The translations under genes and the position numbers were made by a program. Below are positions 1 to 7,145 of a stretch of DNA of 10,765 nucleotides, piece after piece. The DNA comes from Campylobacterota bacterium. Its GTDB lineage: Bacteria > Campylobacterota > Campylobacteria > Campylobacterales > Sulfurimonadaceae. The notes beneath the pieces are model-generated. The model was not told the DNA's origin, ran no database searches, and was given only the letters and a program-made list of their open reading frames with translations. Positions within the stretch are counted from its first letter, which is position 1. Each line of letters begins with the position of its first letter. The stretch lies in NCBI GenBank assembly GCA_034717975.1, contig JAYEMF010000073.1:4026-14790 (forward strand), in the 5' to 3' direction.

Positions 1-98
1 AAGGCGGTCTCAATGAGCTGGTCAACCGTCAGTTCAGGTGTTGCCAAAAGCGGTATGGCGGCCAGTAGCATACCTGTGGTGATAGACTTTAATTTCAT
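1..98 (-). CDS. 5' fragment of a probable TolC-family outer membrane efflux factor (continues beyond the left edge)
   Basis: Not in the ORF track; translated by hand. The ATG at 98-96 overlaps the permease TAA (100-98) as TAATG. The frame stays open to the window edge: MKLKSITTGMLLAAIPLLATPELTVDQLIETA(L). This is a Sec-type signal peptide followed by LTVDQLIETAL, which resembles the 'LTLxxAIxxAL' first helix of TolC/OEP proteins. It occupies the third-gene position of an MFP-RND operon. Confidence 0.75.
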   Translation of the reverse strand, partial: MKLKSITTGMLLAAIPLLATPELTVDQLIETA

Positions 99-3000
99 TA
101 TAGACTCTCTCTCATACGTACTTCTTCTTCAACATCGACAACCAGTTCACGCATTGTTTCAAGCAGGACATAGATGACCGGCACAATAAACAGGGCAACC
201 AGTGTCGCAATGGTCATACCGCCGAGCAGGGAGATACCGATGGTCTTTTGTGTAACAGCACCGGCACCGGTAGCCAGTGCGAGTGGAAAAATACCAAAGA
301 TAAATGACAGGATGGTCATAAGGATCGGTCTAAAACGCGATACGGCGGCTTCAATAGCTGAATCGGCAATACTTTTTCCCGACTCTCGAAGCTCTTTGGC
401 AAATTCGACGATCAGGATGGCATTTTTCGACGACATGGCGATGAGCAGGACCAGGCCGATCTGGGCGAATACATTCATCGGCAGTCCGGCCAGTTTCAAC
501 CCGAGCAGGGCACCAAGCATGACCAGCGGTACCGGAATCATGATCATCAACGGCAGTATCCATGACTCATACTGCGCGGCAAGCACCATAAAGACAACGA
601 TGATGACAAAGACAAACGTCATTACGATCGCATTGCCCGCTTCCTTCTCCTGTAAAGACATACCGGACCACTGAAAACCATACTCCTTCGGCATAACACG
701 TTGTTGTGTCTCTTCCATTGCTGCCATGGCATCACCTGAACTGTAACCCGGCGCAGCAAAACCGCTTACCTGAATAGAACGATATAGATTATAGTGCGTA
801 ATATTTTGAGGTCCGTCAATACTATTTATAGTGATGAGAGCACTTAAAGGAACCATATCGGCTTTGTTGTTCTGCACAAAAAGTTTGGATATATCGGCTT
901 TATTGGATCTAAACTCTTTTTTTGCCTGGACAAATACTCGATAAACTTTTCCATACTTACTGAAATCATTGATATAAAATGAACCCAGATAAGTCTGCAT
1001 CGTCAGGAACACATCCGATAGATTAACCCCCAGGGCATTGATCTTGTCCCGTTTAAAATCAACATAGTACATTGGGTACGAGGCATTAAACGTGGTGTAT
1101 GCCGCTCCGATACGAGGGTCCTTGTTCGCTTCGACAATCAACTCATTTACGTAAGTCTGGAACTGGGTAAGCTCAGAAGACATATAGTCCTGCACCCTGA
1201 AGTCAAATCCGCCGGTAGCACCGAGCCCCGGGATACCTGGAAGATTAAAGGCAAACACCTTGGCATCAGTGATGGAAGCTGTCTTAACAAAAATCTGTTT
1301 GATGATGGCATTAACACCCTCCGTCTCAGGGTCGCGCTCTTCCCATGGATGAAAGGTGAGAAACATCACTCCGGCACTTGGATCAAGTGAGCCCGTAACG
1401 ATGTTAAATCCGTTAATAGTAGTTATATCACGGATCGCTTTGATCTCTTTAAGGGTATTTTCTATTTTTGCAGCGATCTGCTCTGTTTGTACATTGGCCG
1501 CGCCCGGCTTTAAGTTGTAGCCGACAAGCGCGACCCCTTGATCCTCTTCCGGTACGAAACCTGTCGGAATCGTCTTGAACATGTAAGCGGTATAGCCGAT
1601 GAGGGCAATAAAAGCAATAACTACAAGCCATTTGATCTTGACAAAAAAGCGAATGGCCGTTTCATACTTTACTGTTGTCCAGTCAAAGCCTCTGTTGAAC
1701 AGTTCAAAGCCTTTGAACTCCTTCTTATCAACGCCTCTTCGCTTGATGATGATAGCGGCAATAGCCGGGGACAGAGAGAGCGCATTGACAGAGGAGATAA
1801 TGACGGCAAACGAGATGGTCAAGGCAAACTGCTGGTAAAGAGAGCCCGTGATCCCCGGCATCATCGATACGGGTACAAATACAGCTACGAGAACCAGGGT
1901 TGTCGCAATGATCGGCCCTGTGATCTCGGCCATCGCTTTTTTAACGACATGCGGCATGGGGAGGTCAGGTTCATCCGTCATAATGGTCTCAACATTTTCA
2001 ACAACCAAAATAACATCATCGACAACAATACCGATGGCAAGGATGAGCCCGAACAGTGTTAAGAAGTTGATAGAAAAACCGGTAGCATACATAGCGATAA
2101 AAGCACCGATGAGTGCCACAGGTATAGCAACCGTTGCGATAACCGTCGGTCGCCAGTTTTGTAAGAAGATGTAGATAACCAAAATGACCAGAAAAATGGC
2201 AACGATCAGCGTTACAATGACGTTATCGATAGCTACCTCAACATACTTTGTCGTATCATAAGGGATGGAGTAGCTGATGCCCTCGGGAAAACGCTCTTTG
2301 AGATCATCCATCTTTTTTACTACCGCCGCTTTTATCTCCAGGGCATTGGCACCGGCGAGTTGATAGATGGCTATCAGGCCGACCGGACTGGAATTTAACA
2401 GTGCATTCCAATCATATTTTTCTGCACCCAGCTCAATGTCAGAAACATCTTTAAGATAGACAAGACTTCCGTCTTTGTTGTACTTTAAAACGATCTTTCC
2501 AAACTCCTGTGCATCTTTCAGACGACCGTCTGCTGTCAGAGTATAGGTTACTTGTTGGTCTTTATAGCCGGGTGCTGCGCCGATCTTGCCCAGAGCAGCC
2601 TGCTTGTTTTGATCCTGTACAGCGGAGATGATCTGCATTGGTGTCATACCCATAGACTTCATCTTGTCGGGGTCCAGCCAGATGCGCATGGAGTATTTTT
2701 TCTCACCCATGTTCTTGGCTTCACCGACACCTGGAATACGCTTGATCTCATCGAGGATATTGATATTGATGTAATTGCTTAAAAAAGCGTCTGTATAATT
2801 CTCTGTTCCCGATACCCCAATGAGGCAGACGATACTGGGAGACTTTTTATCAACACTTACACCGGACTGCTTTACCTCGGAAGGGAGTGACGGCTTTGCA
2901 AGCTCGACCTTGTTCTGCACATCAACGGCAGCAATATCGAGATCATACCCCGGTTCAAAATAGATATTGACAGCCGACTCACCGGCAGAGGTGCTGGATG

Positions 3001-3241
3001 ACTCGATGTAGATCATTCCCTGAACACCATTAAGCTTGTCTTCGAGAGGACGCGTAACGGTCTCTTCAACATCATAGGCATTGGCGCCTGTAAATGTTGC
3101 TGAAACGGCAACGGTCGGCGGCGTTACATTGGGATATTGCTCAATAGAGAGGACGGACATCGAAACAGTACCCAGGATGACCGTCAAGATGGCAATGACC
3201 ATCGCAAAAATAGGTCGCTTGATAAAAAATACCGGAGACAT
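98..3241 (-). CDS. RND efflux permease, HAE1 family (AcrB/MexF/CmeB-like), 1047 aa
   Basis: N-terminus FFIKRPIFAMVIAI...IEQYPNVTPPTVAVSATFTGANA. The proton-relay motifs are intact: TM4 GIVVDDVILVVEN (AcrB D407/D408 equivalents), TM10 SKNAILIVEFA (K940) and TM11 RFRPILMT (R971/T978). YSMRIWLDPDK and LAAQYESW are also present. Length and the two large periplasmic loops are typical of the family. Confidence 0.97.
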   Translation of the reverse strand: MSPVFFIKRPIFAMVIAILTVILGTVSMSVLSIEQYPNVTPPTVAVSATFTGANAYDVEETVTRPLEDKLNGVQGMIYIESSSTSAGESAVNIYFEPGYDLDIAAVDVQNKVELAKPSLPSEVKQSGVSVDKKSPSIVCLIGVSGTENYTDAFLSNYININILDEIKRIPGVGEAKNMGEKKYSMRIWLDPDKMKSMGMTPMQIISAVQDQNKQAALGKIGAAPGYKDQQVTYTLTADGRLKDAQEFGKIVLKYNKDGSLVYLKDVSDIELGAEKYDWNALLNSSPVGLIAIYQLAGANALEIKAAVVKKMDDLKERFPEGISYSIPYDTTKYVEVAIDNVIVTLIVAIFLVILVIYIFLQNWRPTVIATVAIPVALIGAFIAMYATGFSINFLTLFGLILAIGIVVDDVILVVENVETIMTDEPDLPMPHVVKKAMAEITGPIIATTLVLVAVFVPVSMMPGITGSLYQQFALTISFAVIISSVNALSLSPAIAAIIIKRRGVDKKEFKGFELFNRGFDWTTVKYETAIRFFVKIKWLVVIAFIALIGYTAYMFKTIPTGFVPEEDQGVALVGYNLKPGAANVQTEQIAAKIENTLKEIKAIRDITTINGFNIVTGSLDPSAGVMFLTFHPWEERDPETEGVNAIIKQIFVKTASITDAKVFAFNLPGIPGLGATGGFDFRVQDYMSSELTQFQTYVNELIVEANKDPRIGAAYTTFNASYPMYYVDFKRDKINALGVNLSDVFLTMQTYLGSFYINDFSKYGKVYRVFVQAKKEFRSNKADISKLFVQNNKADMVPLSALITINSIDGPQNITHYNLYRSIQVSGFAAPGYSSGDAMAAMEETQQRVMPKEYGFQWSGMSLQEKEAGNAIVMTFVFVIIVVFMVLAAQYESWILPLMIMIPVPLVMLGALLGLKLAGLPMNVFAQIGLVLLIAMSSKNAILIVEFAKELRESGKSIADSAIEAAVSRFRPILMTILSFIFGIFPLALATGAGAVTQKTIGISLLGGMTIATLVALFIVPVIYVLLETMRELVVDVEEEVRMRESL

Positions 3242-3243
3242 GG

Positions 3244-4434
3244 CTACTCTTTTCGCTCAGGCATTGTAGGAAGCAGATTGTTCTCTTTAATGACTGCGTC
3301 AAGGCCCTTGGTCTCTGTCACATCGGTAGGAGTGACCTTTAACCCCGGCTTCAGTCGCATAAGCGCATTGATAATAACCTTGTCCCCATCTTTTAGTGTG
3401 TCTGCTTTAAAAAGCGTAAAGTGGCGTGATTCAAAAGCAGGCTTGATATAGACACGCTGTGCACTCTGCTGCTCATCCACTACATAAAGGTAATACCCTC
3501 TCTGATCTTCAAAGATGATCTGCGGCGGAACACCCATAAGTCTGAACTTATCGGTTACAAATACATTGACATAGACAAATGTTCCGGGGAAGATATTTTG
3601 TTTGGGATTAGGGATTTCTACGCGCATACTGACGGTTGATGTTGCCGGATCAACGGTGTTGTCTGAGAAGTTGACGTGCCCAAAGATGGGTTCGGATTTC
3701 AGCATTTTTGACTGGTAGTTGATCTCAATATAGGCATCCATAACATTTTTTGTTCTAAATTGAGACATTTGTTGAAACTGCTCTTCACTTGGTGCAAAAT
3801 AGGCATAAAGAGGATCGGTTTTATTGATAGTGGTTAAAAGAGTTGCCTCACTTTTCCCGACAAGGTTTCCAATATCTACCAAACGGCGACTTGCCTGTCC
3901 ATCAATAGGTGCTTTCACGATGGTGTAGCTTAGCTCAAGATCAGCCTGTCTGATGGCTGCATCATCACTGACAATATCTGCTTTGAGTGCTTCGACCTGT
4001 GCTTCGTACTGCTCCAGTGTTACGCGCGGTGCCAAACCCTCTTGAACCAGAGGAGCATAGCGGTTGACATCAGCTTCTGCCAGTTTTAACGAGGCCAGAT
4101 CTCTTCGTTTTTTAGCTTTTGCCGCGTCCAGCGCAGCGATGTAGTCATCCTGTTCGATCTTGAAAAGGTTTTGACCTTTTTTTACATGATCACCATCTTT
4201 GTAATAGATCTCTTCCAGGATACCGGTTACACGGGCACGCACCTCCTGCGAACTACTCGCTTGTGTCTTTCCGGTGTATGGCATCCAGATAGGAATGTTC
4301 TGGTTTTTGACAGTCACAATTTCAACAGGCAGGGGAGGGGCTTCAGCGGCTTTAACCGGTTGTTTGTTGTCACTACAGCCGGTGAGGAGTATGAGTGCAC
4401 TAAAAAGAGCAATACAAGGTTTTTTAAGTGTCAT
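3244..4434 (-). CDS. RND periplasmic adaptor / membrane fusion lipoprotein (AcrA/CmeA-like), 396 aa
   Basis: Lipobox LTG-C (Cys20). Lipoyl-half motifs EVRARVTGILEEIYYKDGDHVKKGQNLFKIE and YTIVKAPIDG flank a coiled-coil hairpin, and VDPATSTVSMRVEIPNP...IFPGTFV follows. An AGGA Shine-Dalgarno (tcct at 4441-4444) lies upstream. The stop is 2 nt from the permease start. Confidence 0.96.
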   Translation of the reverse strand: MTLKKPCIALFSALILLTGCSDNKQPVKAAEAPPLPVEIVTVKNQNIPIWMPYTGKTQASSSQEVRARVTGILEEIYYKDGDHVKKGQNLFKIEQDDYIAALDAAKAKKRRDLASLKLAEADVNRYAPLVQEGLAPRVTLEQYEAQVEALKADIVSDDAAIRQADLELSYTIVKAPIDGQASRRLVDIGNLVGKSEATLLTTINKTDPLYAYFAPSEEQFQQMSQFRTKNVMDAYIEINYQSKMLKSEPIFGHVNFSDNTVDPATSTVSMRVEIPNPKQNIFPGTFVYVNVFVTDKFRLMGVPPQIIFEDQRGYYLYVVDEQQSAQRVYIKPAFESRHFTLFKADTLKDGDKVIINALMRLKPGLKVTPTDVTETKGLDAVIKENNLLPTMPERKE

Positions 4435-4582
4435 TTTAATTCCTGAAACAGTTATGCAATTATTATACTCAATTATAGATTATTATGAATGTCAAAAATG
4501 GTTAATTCTTATTTTTGTGAGGGTGCTGAGATATAATGTCGTTGAATTTATATATCCCGTATATAGAGAATAGTTAAGGAAT
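4435..4582. promoter_or_regulatory. Divergent AT-rich promoter region shared by the RND operon and pldA
   Basis: 148-bp intergenic region. Minus-strand TATAAT boxes at 4462-4467 and 4472-4477 face the adaptor gene. A plus-strand GaTATAAT (hexamer 4532-4537) faces pldA. Shine-Dalgarno sites are at 4441-4444 (minus) and AAGGA 4576-4580 (plus). Confidence 0.7.
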
Positions 4583-5896
4583 ATGTTATTGACAAATTTA
4601 GTTTTAAATAAAAAATATCTGCTTTCAGTTTTGCTGGTTCTCATGCCGACACTGATGATGGCCAGTGCAAACGAGTCTGAAAAATATCTCAGCGGCGAAA
4701 AGTATTTTAATGAAAAAGAGTATCTGAAAGCACTTCCTCTGCTTGAAGATGAAGCAGAAAAAGGTTCAAAACCCGCTATGTATCGCCTGGCATATATGTA
4801 TCAAAATGGCCTTGGCGTAGAGGTGGACTACAAAAAAGCGGCGCATTGGTTCCAGCAGGCTGCTTCGCACTACAGCTATACACTGACAATGGATAGTGAA
4901 GAAGAGAAAGGAAAAAAGTCATTTTCTGAACGATTAAGTGACCAGATGGATCCGGCTACCACTAAAGAGGGTGTGGCGTATGCTTTGCAAAAAGTAGATA
5001 CAGATACGCCGGAGACAAAAAGCCTGATGAACTCTTTGCTTGATGGTGATTTTTTTGGACTGCAGCCTTATGAGACTAACTTTGTCCTGCCTGTCGCGTA
5101 TGCCACACACAAATACAGACGTGTCTTATCGAGTACCCATCATAATAATTATACGGAAGAGCAGAAGAAGCACGCAGAGTACAGTCAAAACACGGAAGTG
5201 CAATTTCAGTTCAGTCTACAAAAGCCACTTACATACGATCTCTTCGGATGGAACGAGTATATCAATGTTGCCTATACTCAAAGAGTGTGGTGGCAGCTCT
5301 ACAGTGCCTCGGCTCCATTTCGTGAGACGAACTATCTGCCTGAAATTTTTATGCGTCTTCCTACGTCGGAATCTATCGATCAGGCATCTGGTCTTAAAGC
5401 GGTCAAATTGGGATTTTTACATGAGTCAAACGGCCAGGAAGGGTACGGTTCACGCTCATGGAACCGTCTTTATATCACGGGCATGTGGCAGTGTGACAAC
5501 CTCTTTCTTGCTACGCGTGTCTGGTACAGAGTCCCTGAAGAGAAAAAATATGACGGCTACTATAGCGGTGGGGTTAATCCTGAAACAGGTGAAGTTGAAC
5601 CAAATGCCGCAGGTGATGACAATCCGGATATTGAAAACTACCTTGGGTATGGAGATATAAAAATGAACTATCTGCATAAAAAGAATGAATTCGGCGCACT
5701 TCTTCGTTATAACTTTGGCAGTGGCGGTAAAAACAGGGGCGCGGTTGATCTGCACTGGTCCTACCCGTTTTTTAACTCTGAAAACACCTTCTGGTATGTC
5801 AAATTTTTCAGCGGTTATGGCGAAAGCCTGATCGATTACGACCGATCTGTGACCAAAACAGCCTTTGGATTCTCTTTCTCACGCGGCTTGTTCTGA
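4583..5896 (+). CDS. pldA: Outer membrane phospholipase A1 (OMPLA) with an N-terminal Sel1/TPR-like domain, 437 aa
   Basis: OMPLA signatures: SAPFRETNYLPEIF, GFLHESNG (His280/Ser282, nt 5420-5434), SRSWNRLY (Asn294 is His+14, the same spacing as E. coli H142/S144/N156), DDNPDIENYLGYG, GYGESLIDY and a C-terminal Phe. A signal peptide ends near ASA (aa 27-29). A Sel1 consensus AMYRLAYMYQNGLGVEVDYKKAAHWFQQAA spans aa 65-94. The start may instead be TTG at 4589, because AAGGA is only 2 nt from the ATG at 4583 but 8 nt from the TTG. Confidence 0.95.
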   Translation: MLLTNLVLNKKYLLSVLLVLMPTLMMASANESEKYLSGEKYFNEKEYLKALPLLEDEAEKGSKPAMYRLAYMYQNGLGVEVDYKKAAHWFQQAASHYSYTLTMDSEEEKGKKSFSERLSDQMDPATTKEGVAYALQKVDTDTPETKSLMNSLLDGDFFGLQPYETNFVLPVAYATHKYRRVLSSTHHNNYTEEQKKHAEYSQNTEVQFQFSLQKPLTYDLFGWNEYINVAYTQRVWWQLYSASAPFRETNYLPEIFMRLPTSESIDQASGLKAVKLGFLHESNGQEGYGSRSWNRLYITGMWQCDNLFLATRVWYRVPEEKKYDGYYSGGVNPETGEVEPNAAGDDNPDIENYLGYGDIKMNYLHKKNEFGALLRYNFGSGGKNRGAVDLHWSYPFFNSENTFWYVKFFSGYGESLIDYDRSVTKTAFGFSFSRGLF

Positions 5897-5944
5897 TATA
5901 ATGAGAACTGACTTGATATATGTGCATCCCTAAAGACAGGAAAA
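5890..5944 (+). promoter_or_regulatory. Candidate internal sigma70 extended -10 promoter and RBS for the letA/letB genes
   Basis: A perfect TGnTATAAT (TGATATAAT, 5894-5902) whose TGA is the pldA stop codon. AGGA lies at 5938-5941, before the ATG at 5945. No terminator hairpin is visible in the 48-bp gap. Confidence 0.6.
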
Positions 5945-6547
5945 ATGAAAAAGATCGAGACAGCATGCCTTGAGTGTGGCATTATCATTGATGTGAAAGA
6001 CTTTAACAGTATGCATCAATACTCCTGTCCCCGCTGCCACACCGTTTTCTACCGTCCCGGCGAACATTTTAACCTTGTTGTCTCCATGGTGATCTCTTCA
6101 ATACTCTTTTTTCTTCCAACGCTTTTTATGCCTATCATGACCTTGAACATTATGGGTCTGACACATTCGGTAACGCTAATGGAGGCTGTCTGGTTCTTTG
6201 CCGGGGAAGGGTACCTGGTCATTGCTCTCATTGCGGTGGCATCGGGATTTGTTATACCGCTTCTGCTGCTTGGATTGATCTTGATGATGATCATCCCTCT
6301 GAAACTTGGCTATCCAAGAAAACGCATCCGTACTTTTTTTAGACTCTATGAGCATCTTGGTGTCTGGGCAATGGCTGAAGTTTACCTTGTCAGTATCTTT
6401 GTGGCGATCGTCAAGCTGGGCGGAATGGCTGAGCTTACGCTTGACTTCGGTCTCTACTCTTTTCTCTTTTTTCTCATAACATTTTATATTGCGATTATCT
6501 GGTTCAATCCGCATGATCTATGGAATCGGCATGACCTGGAAGAGTGA
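5945..6547 (+). CDS. pqiA: PqiA/LetA(YebS)-family inner membrane protein, N-terminal half, 200 aa
   Basis: Zinc ribbon C8xxC11...C28xxC31 (CLECG, CPRCH), about four hydrophobic segments, and the family motif VWAMAEVYLVSIFVAIVKL. It lies upstream of an MCE gene. The symbol is a family-level call (pqiA/letA/yebS). Confidence 0.9.
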   Translation: MKKIETACLECGIIIDVKDFNSMHQYSCPRCHTVFYRPGEHFNLVVSMVISSILFFLPTLFMPIMTLNIMGLTHSVTLMEAVWFFAGEGYLVIALIAVASGFVIPLLLLGLILMMIIPLKLGYPRKRIRTFFRLYEHLGVWAMAEVYLVSIFVAIVKLGGMAELTLDFGLYSFLFFLITFYIAIIWFNPHDLWNRHDLEE

Positions 6548-7145
6548 TATCAGTGAGGGGAAGACCCTTTGTCATCTTTGTGGCTACTTGCAAGATGCTC
6601 AGGCTGCAGAATGCACCCAGTGCGGTGCGAAAATAAGTCAGCGTATTCAGTACTCTTTAATGCTGACCTGGGGCTATGCTATCGCGGCAACACTCTTTCT
6701 TATCCCGGCAAATCTGCTTCCCATGATGGTAGTGACATCTCTTGGCAGTGATGAAGGAAGTACGATTATTGAAGGGGTGGTCTACTTTCTGGAGCATGGG
6801 GAGTATGGACTGGGTGCCGTGATCTTCATTGCGAGTGTTGCCGTACCTGTTTTTAAACTGGTCGTCATCTTTTATCTGCTGCTAATTGTACAGTTTAAGC
6901 AGCAGAGCAGAGCCTTGAACGGGACGAAGCTGTTTCATTTCATCCATATTATCGGCAAGTGGTCGATGCTCGATATCTTCGTAGTAGCACTGATGGTCTC
7001 CATGGTGCAGTTTCAGGCACTGGCCACGATTCAGACCGGCGGAGCGGCTATAGCATTCGCTGCAGCAGTGCTCTTTACGATCATAGCAACAGAAAAATTT
7101 GATCCCCGACTGATGTGGGACACCAATAGAGAGGATAACCAATGA
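6531..7145 (+). CDS. pqiA: PqiA/LetA(YebS)-family inner membrane protein, C-terminal half, about 204 aa
   Basis: Zinc ribbon CHLCG...CTQCG, LIPANLLPMM, STIIEGV, IFIASVAVPVFKL, IGKWSMLDIFVV and FDPRLMWD are all characteristic of the PqiA/YebS C-half. The start is placed at ATG 6531 (GGA at 6522-6524 upstream, 17-nt overlap with the previous gene) rather than the track's TTG at 6489. ATG 6513 is an alternative. Confidence 0.9.
   Translation: MTWKSDISEGKTLCHLCGYLQDAQAAECTQCGAKISQRIQYSLMLTWGYAIAATLFLIPANLLPMMVVTSLGSDEGSTIIEGVVYFLEHGEYGLGAVIFIASVAVPVFKLVVIFYLLLIVQFKQQSRALNGTKLFHFIHIIGKWSMLDIFVVALMVSMVQFQALATIQTGGAAIAFAAAVLFTIIATEKFDPRLMWDTNREDNQ

Noticed and set aside
174..3451. Plus-strand ORFs (174-674, 1538-2062, 1599-1838, 1848-2174, 2552-2782, 3081-3269, 3137-3451) and short alternate-frame minus ORFs (351-563, 1449-1631)
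   Set aside because: All lie within the well-supported RND and adaptor genes and show no recognisable motifs. They are typical antisense or off-frame shadows.
4455..4495. Possible Fur box
   Set aside because: The alignment I tried by hand to GATAATGATAATCATTATC gave about 11 of 19 matches with no dyad symmetry, which is not distinguishable from AT-rich background.
4549..4565. TATATA-TCCCG-TATATA hairpin in the pldA leader
   Set aside because: A 6-bp all-AT stem that does not cover the SD. It is too weak to support a regulatory RNA structure.
4171..4573. Plus-strand ORFs 4171-4446 and 4274-4573
   Set aside because: They are antisense to the adaptor 5' end, run into the promoter region, start at TTG or lack a convincing SD, and have no domain features.
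5040..5755. 206-aa alternate-frame ORF (5040-5660) and antisense ORF (5456-5755) inside pldA
   Set aside because: Both are fully nested in the conserved OMPLA barrel region, with no RBS or motif support.
6489..6530. The track's TTG start at 6489 for the second PqiA half
   Set aside because: It gives a 59-nt overlap with no SD. ATG 6531 has an upstream GGA and places the zinc ribbon near the N-terminus, as in the first half.
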